From Macrostomum lignano (taxonomy: Eukaryota), in assembly GCA_002269645.1 (NCBI GenBank), contig NIVC01001342.1, positions 124,001-188,000 of the forward strand: DNA of 64,000 nucleotides, given 5' to 3'. Positions within the stretch are counted from its first letter, which is position 1, and each line of letters starts with the position of its first letter. Of this stretch, positions 1-14,249 are shown in pieces. The position numbers and the translations under genes were made by a program. The notes beneath the pieces are model-generated. The model did no database searches, was not told the DNA's origin, and saw only the letters and a program-made list of their open reading frames with translations.

Positions 1-2786
1 GGCAGCTGCTGCGCAGGGAGGGCGGCGCCGCCGTCAGCGTCTGCGAGTGCCTGGACGAGGCGGCCAGGATGGTAAGGACTGCGGAGTCCTTGGCGCTGGC
101 TTCCTTGGGAGGGTTTGCTCTTGGTCATACTGTGCTCATGGTCATGCTGTGCTCATGGTCATGCTGTGCTCATGGTCATTGTGTGCTCATGGTCATTGTG
201 TGCTCATGGTCATGCTGTGCTCATGGTCATACAATGCTCATGGTCAGGCTGTGCTCATGGTCATTGTGTGCTCATGGTCATTGTGTGCTCCAGGTCATGC
301 TGTGCTCATGGTAATGCTGTGCTCATGGTCATGCTGTGATCATGGTCATGCTGTGCTCATGGTCATGCTGTGCTCATGGTCATGCTGTGCTCATGGTCAT
401 TGTGTGCTCATGGTCATTGCACTCATGGTCATGTTGTGCTCATGGTAATGCTGTGCTCATGGTCATGCTGTGCTCATGGTCATTCTGTGCTCATGGTAAT
501 GCTGTGCTCATGGTTATGCTGTGCTCATGGTCATGCTGTGATCATGGTTATTGTGTGCTCATGCTCAGGCTATGCTCATGGTAATGCTGTGCTCATGGTC
601 ATTGTGCGCTCTTGGTCATTGTGTGCTCCTGGTCATTGTGAGCTCATGGTCATGCTGTGCTCATGATCATGCTGTGCTTATAATCATGCTGTGCTTATAA
701 TCATGCTGTGCTCATGGTCATGCTGTGCTCATGGTCATGCTGTGCTCATGGTCATTGTGTGCTCATGGTCATTGCACTCATGGTCATGTTGTGCTCATGG
801 TAATGCTGTGCTCATGGTCATGCTGTGCTCATGGTCATGCTGTGCTCATGGTAATGCTGTGCTCATAGTCATGCTGTGCTCATGATCATGCTGTGCTCAT
901 GGTAATTCTGTGCTCATGATCATGCTGTGCTCATGGTAACTCTGTGCTCATGATCATGCTGTGCTCATGATCATGCTGTGCTAATGGTCATGCTGTGCTC
1001 ATGGTCATGCTGTGCTCATGGTCATGCTGTGCTCATGGTCATGCTGTGCTCATGATCATGCTGTGCTCATGGTTATTGTGTGCTCATGCTCAGGCTATGC
1101 TCATGGTCATGCTGTGCTCATGGTTATTGTGTGCTCATGCTCAGGCTATGCTCATGGTCATTGTGTGCTCATAGTCATGCTGTGCTCATGGTAATGCTGT
1201 GCTCATGATCATGCTGTGCTCATGGTAATTCTGTGCTCATGATCATGCTGTGCTCATGATCATGCTGTGCTCATGGTCATGCTGTGCTCATGGTCATGCT
1301 GTGCTCATGGTCATGCTGTGCTCATGATCATGCTGTGCTCATGGTAATGCTCATAGTTACGCTGTGCTCATGATCATGCTGTGCTCATGGTCATGCTCAT
1401 ATTTACGCTGTGCTCATGTACATGATCTGATGTCTTTATAAATCCCCTATATAAACACAGCAACCCGAAGGTCAAGCAGTGCGCTTTCTCCTGAGCAGCC
1501 AGAAGGAGATTCGCACAGTCAGCGGTCATGAAATCCAGTAGCGGCTGAGCAGCCGTAGTAACCCCGCACTCCATGGGCCCCCGTAAAATAACGAAGCTAA
1601 TTTCGAACCCCGGCTTTGCCCCCCCTCCTGGCTTCCGCCCGAGTTCACCGGCCGGCAGCTCACGGTTGGCCGGGCCCTGCAGTTAATTGGGCCGTCCGCA
1701 TCGATTGCCCTGCCTGCCCGGGGCAGGGGTCCTTCGTCCCACTCTTCCCTTCCCGACCCCGCCGTTCCCAAGGCTGTGTGGGCCAAAGGTGAAACCCAGT
1801 GCTTGCGTGGCCTGGGGACTGGCAGGGCAGGCCGCGGTGCCCAAATCCGCTTTCTTGGCTTAATGCGATTTGGTGCTGACTTTTGTGCCAGTTTTACTCT
1901 TTATCTCAGATCCTCTTTATCCCATTAGCTTCAGATCAGATTCCACACCTCAATATCCTATTCATAGCATCCCACACCTCCTTATACCATCTATATAAGA
2001 TCCCACACCTCCGTATCCCATCTATAAGATCCCACACCTCCGTATCCCATCTATACGATCCCACACCTCCGTATCCCATCTATACGATCCCACACATCTA
2101 TATACCATTTATATAAGATCCCACACCTCCGTATCCCATCTATATAAGATCCCACACCTCCGTATTCAATCTTTAAGATCCCACACCATATCCCATCTAT
2201 AAGATCCCACACCTCAATGTCCTATCCATAGCATCCCACACCCCATATCCCATCTATATAAGATCCCACACCTCCATGTCCCATCTATAAGATCCCACAA
2301 CTCCATCTCCCATCTGTAGGATCTCACACCTCCATATCCCATCTATAAGATCCCACACCTCAATGTCCTATCCATAGCATCCCACACCCCATATCCCATC
2401 TATAAGATCCCACACCTCTATATCTCATCTTTAAGATCCCACACCTCTATATCTCATCTATAAGATCCCACACCTCCATGTCCTATCTATAAGATCCCAC
2501 ACCTCCATATCCCATCTATATAAGATCCCACACTTCCATGTCCCATCTATATAACATCCCACGCCTCCATATCCCATCTATAAGATCCCACACCTCTATA
2601 TCCTATCTATATAAGATCCCACACCTCTATATCTCATCTTTAAGATCCCACACCTCTATATCTCATCTATAAGATCCCACACCATATCCCATCTATAAGA
2701 TCCCACACCTCCGCTTCAACCCGCAGGTGGTCAGTCTGGCTTCAAGCTCGAAGAGCAGCAGCAGCCGCGCTGGCGGCAGCGGCTGA
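1..2786 (+). CDS. Last two exons (<1-71, 2727-2786) of a probable succinyl-CoA ligase beta-subunit-like gene
   Basis: Exon ends ATG|GTAAGG at 71/72; acceptor CCGCAG| at 2726. The join reads ...QLLRREGGAAVSVCECLDEAARM|VVSLASSSKSSSSRAGGSG*, resembling the SCS-beta C-terminus (human SUCLA2 ...ACDDLDEAARMVVKLS). AATAAA at ~2880. Confidence 0.55.
120..1420. repeat. 17-bp minisatellite (CATGCTGTGCTCATGGT)n, intronic
   Basis: Direct periodicity of 17; source of the spurious CSWS/HGH ORFs. Confidence 0.95.
1900..2710. repeat. ~29-31-bp minisatellite (ATAAGATCCCACACCTCCATATCCCATCT)n
   Basis: Tandem copies read directly. Confidence 0.9.
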
Positions 2787-3049
2787 GCCGCCGGTTTGCA
2801 GTTGCAGAAAAGTACTCGATGCACTTTCATTTAATTAACCTCGGTAGAGCAGCGGAAGCGGAATTGCTTTACGCCATTAAATAAAACATCAAAAAGGCGT
2901 GCCATCAAGTCAGCAGTCAATCGCTGCACGTACTTGTACTTTATAATATTGCGCGTTCAAACTCGCACCTCCACGCGAGTCTCACCGGTCATTAATTAGT
3001 ATTGGAGCTTCTTGTCATGCCTGACTGCGGCGCGGCACCCACTGGGGTT

Positions 3050-3430
3050 GAAGGGATCTGAAGAAATCTGATAGATGGGATTTGAAGGGATCTGAAGAAA
3101 TCTGATAGATGGGATTTGAAGGGATCTGAAGTATGGGATTTGTAGGGATTTGAAGTATGGAATTTGCAGAGATCTGAAGTATGGAATTCGAAGGGATCTG
3201 AAGTATGGGATTTGTAGGAATCTGAAGTATGGGATTTGTAGGGATCTGAAGTATGGGATTTGTAGGGATCTGAAGTATGGGATTTGTAGGGATCTGAAGT
3301 ATGGGATTTGTAGGGATCTGAAGTATGGGATTTGTAGGGATCTGAAGTATGGGATTTGTAGGGATCTGAAGGATAGGATTTGTAGGGATCTGAAGGATGG
3401 GATTTAAAGGGATCTGAAGGATTGGATTTG
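3050..3430. repeat. 24-bp minisatellite (GGGATCTGAAGTATGGGATTTGTA)n
   Basis: Tandem copies read directly. Confidence 0.9.
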
Positions 3431-3939
3431 AAGGCCTGGGATCAGGGATTGGCCCGTAGCAACCCATAGCAGAGCTGGCCCTGGTTCGGAAGCGGCAGCT
3501 GAGTGGCCTCTTGCTCATACTGTAAAGTTAGTTTTCCTAGAATCTGATTCACAACAGTGCTCATTTTTGCGGCTTCACTGACTAGTTGGTGAAATTAGCA
3601 ACGCTCAGCATTACCCTGTGTTGTATTTATTGTGGTTCCGTCTGTATCATTCATTAATTTCAGCTGTTAATTTTACCTGCTTTTTTCAGCTCAATCTGAG
3701 CACCGCTTTCTGCTTTGTATTATTTCCAATTTCTGCAGCGGATTAACATTTTTGACTGCTTCTGCTTTATTTCAGTAACTGTTGTAGGCTTGATTAACCA
3801 AGTAAAATGTGAGCTGAAGGTCGTGACCCGGTCACTATAATTTTAATATCACTTGCAATTTTATCAATTTAATAGGATATCATTTTTATTGGGGTTTTAT
3901 TTGATTTTTAAGCTTGCTAATGCTTACTGTGAATTGAAA

Positions 3940-4330
3940 CCATGCTGCGCGTTTGTTGTGGGTTGCTATGCCGTTGCTTTGTGTTGCAGTGCAGTTGCTG
4001 TGTGTTGCTATGCGGTTGCTGTGTGTTTCTATGCCGTTGCTGTGTACTACTATGCAGTTGTGTGTTGCCATGTTGTTGCTGTGTTGCTATTCAGTTGATG
4101 TGTGTTGCTATGCGGTTGCTGTGTGTTGCTATGCAGTTGCTGTGTGTTGCTATGAAGTTTCTGTGTGTTGCTATGCAGTTGCTGTGTGTTTCTATGCAGT
4201 TGCTGTGTGTTGCTATTTTGTTGCTGTGTTGCTATGCGGTTTCTGTGAGTTGTTGAGTTTGCTTATGTCATTGCTAGGTGGTTGCTATGCCAATTAACGA
4301 GCTGTTGCTGTCCCGTTGTTGCTATGCGGC
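3940..4330. repeat. ~21-bp minisatellite (GTTGCTGTGTGTTGCTATGCA)n
   Basis: Tandem copies read directly. Confidence 0.85.
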
Positions 4331-4789
4331 TGCTAACCTGCCGCTGCTCCGCTGTTACTGTGTAGCTTCCGCAGCGCCGGTAATGAAGTGGCCGGCCAGT
4401 GCGTGCCGCATCAGATAAGCCGCCTGGCGGCCCCGCGGCTGCGATAAGCCGGGCTGGCCGGCTCAAATTATGAAACTGAAAAATGATGCACTCGGGCGGG
4501 GCCCAGCCTCTCTCTCTCTCTCTCTGCCCTCCCGCTCTTTTTAATCTCCCTTTGACTCTCCGGCTGAAATCCGCGCTCAGACGAGAAGCGCTCAGCCAAG
4601 CGTGCTCAGAAATCCCGGCCAGCCCCCCCCCCCCTGAGCCATTCGTCACCGCCTCTTTCTGTGCCGCATCTTCCTGACCGCCGCTTCTCTGCTTTTTGTT
4701 GGAACTTCGCCTTTCCCTTATCTGCCCCCCATCTCATCTCATGCTTTCCTGGGTCTACTCTTACTGGAGATATCACGGTCTACTGTTCA

Positions 4790-5670
4790 AATCCCACTTG
4801 ATCTATCTGCATCTCTGTCTGCTCTCGCTTGATCTATATGCATCTCTGTCTGCTCTCGCTTGATCTATATGCATCTCTGTCTGCTCTCGCTTGATCTATA
4901 TGCATCTCTGTCTGCTCTCGCTTGATCTATCTGCATCTCTGTCTGCTCTCACTTGATCTATATGCATCTCTGTCTGCTCTCGCTTGATCTATATGCATCT
5001 CTGTCTGCTCTCGCTTGATCTATATGCATCTCTGTCTGCTCTCACTTGATCTATATGCATCTCTGTCTGCTCTCGCTTGATCTATCTGCATCTCTGTCTG
5101 CTCTCACTTGATCTATATGCATCTCTGTCTGCTCTCGCTTGATCTATATGCATCTCTGTCTGCTCTCGCTTGATCTATCTGCATCTCTGTCTGCTCTCGC
5201 TTGATCTATCTGCATCTCTGTCTGCTCTCACTTGATCTATCTGCATCTCTGTCTGCTCTCACTTGATCTATCTGCATCTCTGTCTGCTCTCGCTTGATCT
5301 ATCTGCATCTCTGTCTGCTCTCGCTTGATCTATATGCATCTCTGTCTGCTCTCGCTTGATCTATATGCATCTCTGTCTGCTCTCACTTGATCTATATGCA
5401 TCTCTGTCTGCTCTCACTTGATCTATCTGCATCTCTGTCTGCTCTCACTTGATCTATCTGCATCTCTGTCTGCTCTCACTTGATCTATCTGCATCTCTGT
5501 CTGCTCTCACTTGATCTATCTGCATCTCTGTCTACTCTCGCTTGATCTATCTGCATCTCTGTCTGCTCTCACTTAATCTATCTGCATCTCTGTCTGCTCT
5601 CACTTAATCTATCTGCATCTCTGTCTACTCTCGCTTGATCTATCTCTGTCTACTCTCACTTGCATCTCTG
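4790..5670. repeat. 31-bp minisatellite (TTGATCTATATGCATCTCTGTCTGCTCTCGC)n
   Basis: Tandem copies read directly. Confidence 0.95.
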
Positions 5671-6059
5671 TCATGCATATATTTTATAATTTCGGAACTC
5701 CAGTCTCCTGACATACTCAAAAAATGAAAACTCATGCGGTCAATACTGGTGGGAATTCTGCACCTGCAGCTGTTAAGATTCCATCCGGGTCTCGCGCTAA
5801 GTTCGAAATGATCAATTAATCAATGATGGAGCTGCGGGAAGCTGTGCTGCACTCTGATTTTTCACTGCCTCCTAAAAGCGAGGAGCTCGACAGTTCACTG
5901 GTGGGTTTGCTTCGGACTCTGAGGATTTCCCAGCGCCTGGTTTGCTGGGACAGTGGAAATCAGACAGTGGAAGAGACTGCTTCATCGGAGCCTGGAAACC
6001 CACTCTTTGATGGTGGGGTTTGAGAAGGTTAAGTAAGTTGAAGGGTAAGTTGAGACTGA

Positions 6060-7410
6060 GATGAGTCACTTAGATGAGTCACTGAGATGAGGCACTGAGA
6101 TCAGTCAATGAGATGAGACATTGAGATCAGTCAATGAGATGAGGCACTGAGATGAGGCACTGAGATGAGGCACTGAGATCAGTCAATGAGATGAGACATT
6201 GAGATCAGTCAATGAGATGAGGCACTGAGAAGAGGCACTGAGATCAGTCACTGAGATGAGGCACTGCAGATGAGGCACTGAGATGAGGCACTGAGATCAG
6301 TCACTGAGATGAGATACTGAGATCAGCCACTGAGGTGAGACACTGAGATCAGTCACTGAGACGAGCCGGTGGGATCAGTCACTGAGATGAGACGGTGGGA
6401 TCAGTCACTGGGATGAGACACTGAGATGAGCCGGTGGGATCAGTCACTGAGATGAGATACTGAGATGAGACGGTGGGATCAGTCACTGAGATGAGATACT
6501 GAGATGAGTCACTGAGATGAGTCACTGAGATGAGTCACTGAGATGAGATGCTGGGATCAGTCACTGAGATGAGTCACTGAGATGAGTCACTGAGATGAGG
6601 CACTGAGATGAGTCACTGAGATGAGATGCTGGGATCAGTCACTGAGATGAGTCACTGAGATGAGTCACTGAGATGAGGCACTGAGATGAGTCACTGAGAT
6701 GAGGCACTGAGATGAGACACTGAGATCAGTCACTGAGATGAGATACTGAGATCAGCCACTGAGGTGAGACACTGAGATGAGTCGGTGGGATCAGTCACTG
6801 AAATGAGATACTGAGATCAGTCACTGAGATGAGATACTGAGATCAGCCACTGAGGTGAGACACTGAGATGAGCCGGTGGGATCAGTCACTGAAATGAGAT
6901 ACTGAGATGAGACACTGAGATGAGACGGTGGGATCAGTCACTGAGATGAGACGGTGGGATCAGTCACTTTGATGAGACACTGAGATGAGACGGTGGGATC
7001 AGTCACTGAGATGAGATACTGAGATCAGTCACTGAGATGAGATACTGAGATCAGCCACTGAGGTGAGACACTGAGATGAGTCGGTGGGATCAGTCACTGA
7101 AATGAGATACTGAGATCAGTCACTGAGATGAGGCACTGAGATGAGACACTGAGATCAGTCACTGAGATGAGATACTGAGATCAGCCACTGAGGTGAGACA
7201 CTGAGATGAGTCGGTGGGATCAGTCACTGAAATGAGATACTGAGATGAGACACTGAGATGAGACGGTGGGATCAGTCACTGAGATGAGACGGTGGGATCA
7301 GTCACTGGGATGAGACACTGAGATGAGACGGTGGGATCAGTCACTGAGATGAGACACTGAGATTAGTCATTGAGATCAGTCGCTGAAATCAGACACTGGG
7401 ATGAGTCACT
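6060..7410. repeat. 13-bp-based compound minisatellite (CACTGAGATGAGT and variants)
   Basis: Tandem copies with variant units. Confidence 0.9.
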
Positions 7411-7609
7411 GACATGAATATTTTATCTCAGAATGCATGCACCTTCTGACTTGAGTTGCACTTCAGTATTAAATGAGCAACGACTTGACTCAAATCTCCT
7501 TGCAGCAATTCCAAAATATCCATAAAATGATATATATGTATACATATATATATTAATACTATTTCTGAGAATCCGCGATTCTTTTAATTTCGTGTTTCAA
7601 CAGCGCAGA

Positions 7610-7950
7610 TTGAAGCAAAAGTACACAGTGAATGCAAAAGTACACAGTGAATGCAAAAGTACACAGTGCATGCAAAAGTACACAGTACATGCAAAAGTAC
7701 ACAGTGAATGCAAAAGTACACAGTACATGCAAAAGTACACAGTACATGCAACAGTACACAGTACATGAAAAAGTACACAGTACATGCAAAAGTACACAGT
7801 ACATGCAAAAGTACACAGTACATGCAACAGTACACAGTACATGAAAAAGTACACAGTGCATGCAACAGTACACAGTACATGAAAAAGTACACAGTACATG
7901 CAACAGTACACAGTACATGCAAAAGTACACAGTACATGCAACAGTACACA
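7610..7950. repeat. 19-bp minisatellite (AAAAGTACACAGTACATGC)n
   Basis: Tandem copies read directly. Confidence 0.9.
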
Positions 7951-8031
7951 GTGCAGACGCAAAAAATCATGTTCGAAAATTTACAGAGCAGCTCAGGGAC
8001 GCTGGCGGAGCAGAGCTGGCGAGGCGCCCCG

Positions 8032-8160
8032 TCACCACCAGGACTTGAAGACGTCGCCCATGGCCAGTATGATGAAGATGGTGATGGCCATGGCCAGACA
8101 GGTGATGATGGCGATGAAGATCTGGAATTTGGTCTCGCAGCAGCACTTCACCCACGCCAT
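8032..8160 (-). CDS. Candidate 42-aa single-pass membrane micropeptide MAWVKCCCETKFQIFIAIITCLAMAITIFIILAMGDVFKSWW
   Basis: GC-rich unique island between repeats; clean hydrophobic helix with C/G-ending codons; upstream acceptor-like TGTGCAG near 8225. Confidence 0.4.
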   Translation of the reverse strand: MAWVKCCCETKFQIFIAIITCLAMAITIFIILAMGDVFKSWW

Positions 8161-8393
8161 GCGGCTCGGGCGATGCGGATGAATAAAATGGTGGGGTTCG
8201 CGCTGCTGGATGCTGGGTGAGACCTGCACACAGGGGCAGTTCAGATGCTGATATGCACCCGTCATGAGCGGCAGGTGGCCTGGGAGGCGCAGGGGACCAA
8301 TGGCGTGCGAGGGGAGACTGGGGCTGGGGCTTGGAAACTGAGCAGTGGCGATGGGAATGCGAAGAGCGAGGACAACTCAAGTAGAATGATGCT

Positions 8394-9007
8394 ACACTCG
8401 AAATCTATGGTAAATGTTTTGAAGGCAGTGGCGATTTCGCCTAAAAAACACTACAGAGATAGGAAATTTCACGATTTTCAGCACTAAAACAGTGATTGGG
8501 TCTCTTAACAGTGTCAGAGAAAGTTCTAATCACACTATTTTGTGCCTCACATTCTGCTCTAACGACGCATTAATCGATTTTTCATGTTAAATTGGTCTGT
8601 CACTTGAAAAAGCGTTTAAAATATTGACAAGACCAATTTAACATGAAAAATCGATTAATGCGTCGTTAGAGCAGAATGTGAGGCACAAAATAGTGTGATT
8701 AGAACTTTCTCTGACACTGTTAAGAGACCCAATCACTGTTTTAGTGTTGAAAATCGTGAAATTTCCTATCTCCGTAATGTATTTTTCCGGTGAAACCTGC
8801 CTTTAAAACTATTTCTGAACGAAAAGCATTATGAATATCGATAGAGCAATAAGAAAGGCACAACATATCAAAAGATGAACACTGCATCAGCCTCCTATCA
8901 AAAGAAATAACATTTTTTGTGCTGAAAAAATTAAAACCTCTATCTTCTGTAGTGTATTTTTCCGGTGAAAATTTGCCTTCAAAACTTTTACCACAGATTT
9001 CGAGTGT
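8394..9007. mobile_element. Foldback/MITE-like element: imperfect ~70-bp outer inverted repeats plus an internal 143-bp-arm hairpin
   Basis: ACACTCGAAATCT.. (8394) is inverted to ..AGATTTCGAGTGT (9007); 8456-8598 is the reverse complement of 8630-8772 with 1 mismatch. Confidence 0.7.
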
Positions 9008-9011
9008 TCTG

Positions 9012-9545
<534 letters not shown>

Positions 9546-10344
9546 TACTCTGTTACTTGAGTAGTCCTTGGCGAAGAGCCAGGAATGCAGCCAGATGGAG
9601 ATGCGAATCTGTAGGTGCGCGTTTGAGGGGAGGAGAGAGAAAGTGCAAGGACGCCGCAGTGTTTATTGTGTGCTACTGTAGCTGATACTGTGTTGTTACT
9701 GTAGCTTATATTGTGTTGTTACTGTAGCTTATTGTGTTGTTACTGTAGCTTATATTGTGTTGTTACTGTAGCTGATATTGTGTTGTTACTGTTGTTTGTA
9801 TTGTGTTGTTGCTGGTGGATGATTACAAACTCAATGTTTCATCAAGTCGAGAGACAACACATTTTGCCTCATTTGCTTGCTCACTTTCCAAAGAGATGAT
9901 GTGTTACTAGTGGCTCGAACCGAGTCCAAACTCTGTGCCACTGCAGCTAGCAGAGAAAGCCGACTCAATCTGTGAGCTCCTGCAGTCAGTGAGAGGCGCG
10001 GATACTCCTTAAGACTGAGGCTTGGCAAATTCCGTCTCTGCCTTCTGCCCCAGTTGCCATGACAACGTGATCTCAGGATCGAATTTCGGCCCTCTCTCCA
10101 GGTGAAACTCCTGGCCTTCATTTCCTGGAAACTCGATACTCCATTAGCTGGCAGTCAGCAGCTGGGGCAAACCGACTCTCAGCACCCGGCTGGCGAGTTT
10201 TAGCGGGATTTTCATCCTCTCGCTTTGAGATTCAGATTGTCCAGATTGCCTACTATGAGTAGCCATTTGGGTACATGCAGACAATCAGCACTCTGAAGAT
10301 TGATGTGCACAGTTACTAACTCCGGTATGCTGGAGTAGACTGAA

Positions 10345-13240
10345 TGGATGTTATTTGTAGGATGATATTTTAAAAATGTTTATTTGTAGGATGTTTATTT
10401 GTAGGATGTTTATTTGTAGGATGTTTATTTGTAGGATGTTTATTTGTAGGATGTTTATTTGTAGGATGTTTATTTGTAGGATGTTTTTTTGTAGGATGAT
10501 ATTTAAAAAAATTTTATTTGTAGGATGTTTATTTGTAGGATGTTTATTTGTAGGATGTTTATTTGTAGGATGTTTATTTGTAGGATGTTTATTTGTAGGA
10601 TGATATTTAAAAAATGTTTATTTGTAGGATGTTTATTTTTAGGATGTTCATTTGTAGGATGTTTATTTGTAGGATGTTTATTTGTAGGATATTTATTTGT
10701 AGGATGTTGGTTTGTAGGATGTTTATTTGTAGGATTTTCATCTGTAGGATTTTCATTTGTAGGATTTTCATTTGTAGGATGTTTATTTGTAGGATGTTTA
10801 TTTGTAGGATGTTTATTTGTAGGATGATATTTAAAAAATGTTTATTTGTAGGATGTTTATTTGTAGGATGTTTATTTGTAGGATGTTTATTTGTAGGATG
10901 TTATTTGTAGGATGATATTTGTAGGATGTTTATTTGTAGGATGATATTTGTAGGATGTTTATTTGTAGGATGTTTATTTGTAGGATGTTCATTTGTAGGA
11001 TGTTATTTGTAGGATGTTTATTTGTAGGATGATATTTGTAGGATGTTTATTTGTAGGATGTTTATTTGTAGGATGTTTATTTGTAGGATGTTTATTTGTA
11101 GGATGTTTATTTGTAGGATGTTTATTTGTAGGATGTTTATTTGTAGGATGTTATTTGTAGGATGATATTTGTAGGATGTTTATTTGTAGGATGATATTTG
11201 TAGGATGTTTATTTGTAGGATGTTTATTTGTAGGATGTTCATTTGTAGGATGTTATTTGTAGGATGTTTATTTGTAGGATGATATTTGTAGGATGTTTAT
11301 TTGTAGGATGTTTATTTGTAGGATGTTTATTTGTAGGATGTTTATTTGTAGGATGTTTATTTGTAGGATGTTTATTTGTAGAATGTTTATTTGTAGGATG
11401 TTTATTTGTAGGATGTTATTTGTAGGATGATATTTGTAGGATGTTTATTTGTAGGATGATATTTGTAGGATTTTCATTTGTAGGATGTTATTTGTAGGAT
11501 GTTATTTGTAGGATGTTATTTGTAGGATGTTATTTAAAAAATGTTTATTTGTAGGATGTTTATTTGTAGGATGTTCATTTGTAGGATGTTCATTTGTAGG
11601 ATGTTTATTTGTAGGATGTTTATTTGTAGCATGTTTATTTGTAGGATTTTCATTTGTAGGATTTTCATTTGTAGGATGTTATTTGTAGGATGTTCATTTG
11701 TAGGATGTTATTTGTAGGATGTTTATTTGTAGGATGCTTATTTGTAGGATGTTTATTTGTAGGATGTTTATTTGTAGGATTTTCATTTGTAGGATGTTAT
11801 TTGTAGGATGTTATTTGTAGGATGTTATTTGTAGGATGTTATTTGTAGGATGTTATTTGTAGGATGTTTATTTGTAGGATTATATTAGTAGGATGTTATT
11901 TGTAGGATGTTTATTTGTAGGATGTTTATTTGTAGGATGTTTATTTGTAGGATGTTATTTAAAAAATGTTTATTTGTAGGATGTTTATTTGTAGGATGTT
12001 CATTTGTAGGATGTTCATTTGTAGGATGTTTATTTGTAGGATGTTTATTTGTAGCATGTTTATTTGTAGGATTTTCATTTGTAGGATTTTCATTTGTAGG
12101 ATGTTATTTGTAGGATGTTCATTTGTAGGATGTTATTTGTAGGATGTTTATTTGTAGGATGTTTATTTGTAGGATGTTTATTTGTAGGATGTTTATTTGT
12201 AGGATTTTCATTTGTAGGATGTTATTTGTAGGATGTTATTTGTAGGATGTTATTTGTAGGATGTTATTTGTAGGATGTTATTTGTAGGATGTTTATTTGT
12301 AGGATTATATTAGTAGGATGTTATTTGTAGGATGTTTATTTGTAGGATGTTTATTTGTAGGATGTTTATTTGTAGGATGATATTTAAAAAAAGTTAATTT
12401 GTAGGATGTTTATTTGTAGGATGTTCATTTGTAGGATGTTTATTTGTAGGATGTTTATTTGTAGGATGTTTATTTGTAGGATGTTTATTTGTAGGATGTT
12501 TATTTGTAGGATGTTTATTTGTAGGATGTTTATTTGTAGGATGTTTATTTGTAGGATTTTCATTTGTAGGATTTTCATTTGTAGGATGTTATTTGTAGGA
12601 TGTTATTTGTAGGATGTTATTTGTAGGATGTTTATTTGTAGGATGTTTATTTGTAGGATGTTTATTTGTAGGATGTTTATTTGTAGGATTTTCATTTGTA
12701 GGATTTTCGTTTGTAGGATGTTATTTGTAGGATGTTATTTGTAGGATGTTATTTGTAGGATGTTATTTGTAGGATGTTATTTGTAGGATGTTATTTGTAG
12801 GATGTTTATTTGTAGGATGTTTATTTGTAGGATTTTCATTTGTAGGATTTTCATTTGTAGGATGTTATTTGTAGGATGTTATTTGTAGGATGTTTATTTG
12901 TAGGATGTTTATTTGTAGGATGTTTATTTGTAGGATGTTTATTTGTAGGATTTTCATTTGTAGGATTTTCGTTTGTAGGATGTTATTTGTAGGATGTTAT
13001 TTGTAGGATGTTATTTGTAGGATGTTATTTGTAGGATGTTATTTGTAGGATGTTATTTGTAGGATGTTTATTTGTAGGATTATATTTGTAGGATGATATT
13101 TGTAGGATGTTTATTTTTAGGATGTTATTTGTAGGATGTTTATTTTTAGGATGTTATTTGTAGGATATTTATTTCTAGGATGATATTTGTAGGATGTTTA
13201 TTTGTAACATGTTTATCTGCAACATGTTTACTTGTAGGAC
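10345..13240. repeat. 14/15-bp satellite (TT)ATTTGTAGGATGT, ~2.9 kb
   Basis: Direct reading. Confidence 0.97.
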
Positions 13241-13319
13241 ATTTGCTTGCAAAACCTTTCAGGCTCCGTCAAATCTAGTCACAAAAATCTGCAATGTAGA
13301 AAATGGATAGAATATGGAG

Positions 13320-13700
13320 AGGTGTAGAATCTGATGGATTGGATATGAGGTGTAGGATCTGATGGATGGGATATCGGGTGTGGGATCTGATGGATGGGAT
13401 ATCGGGTGTAGGATCTGATGGATGGGATATGAGGTGTAGGATCTGATGGATGGGATATCGGGTGTGGGATCTGATGGATGGGATATCGGGTGTAGAATCT
13501 GATGGATGGGATATGAGGTGTAGGATCTGATGGATGGGATATGAGGGTGTGGGATCTGATGGATGGGATATGACGGTGTAGGATCTGATGGATGGGATAT
13601 CGGGTGTAGGATCTGATGGGTGGGATATGAGGTGTGGGATCTGATGGATGGGATATGAGGTGTGGGATCTGATGGATGGGATATGAGGTGTGGGATCTGA
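13320..13700. repeat. 28-bp minisatellite (GGATCTGATGGATGGGATATCGGGTGTG)n
   Basis: Direct reading; its reverse complement resembles the 1900-2710 unit. Confidence 0.9.
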
Positions 13701-14249
13701 GAGATTGAAAATAGGGTACGTGTGCGATCTAAATGATGAGATATACAAATGTAATAATGACGTGGGATCTCAAGAGCAGACTCGCTCCCAAGTTTAGATT
13801 CGGTTGCAGTCGATCCCTCGAGTTCCCACACTTTAAAATTCGTGCCAGCCGTGCATGTGCTCAGAATGGAGATTCCCAATCTCTCTGAATTCGAATTCCA
13901 GTTTCTCGTTCGACTGGAATCAGGAGGCCTGCAAGGCTTATTGCCGCTGAGCCTCGGTTGTGGCGGCTTGAATGACAAAAATGTTTGAGCTGGCCTTATT
14001 GAGCACACCTGAGTTGATTGACAGGTGAACCGGCACTGACGGACAGGTGAGTTTTACCCACGCTCCTGCATCAGCTGAGATGCGCAGGGATGCTGAAAGC
14101 CATCGCTTGGGAGGGGACGTGTCTGTAAATTTCTGATCCCAACCATTAGCCGATCACCTGGGGTTGCCATGCGGCTTCCCCAAGGCTATAAATCCCATTG
14201 ATCCGCTGAGGCTCAGGACAGTCGGCCGTCCCCACAAAAATCCCCCATT

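Noticed and set aside
7967-8380. His-rich protein frame
   Set aside because: It is the shifted frame of the ATC-rich hydrophobic ORF at 8032-8160.
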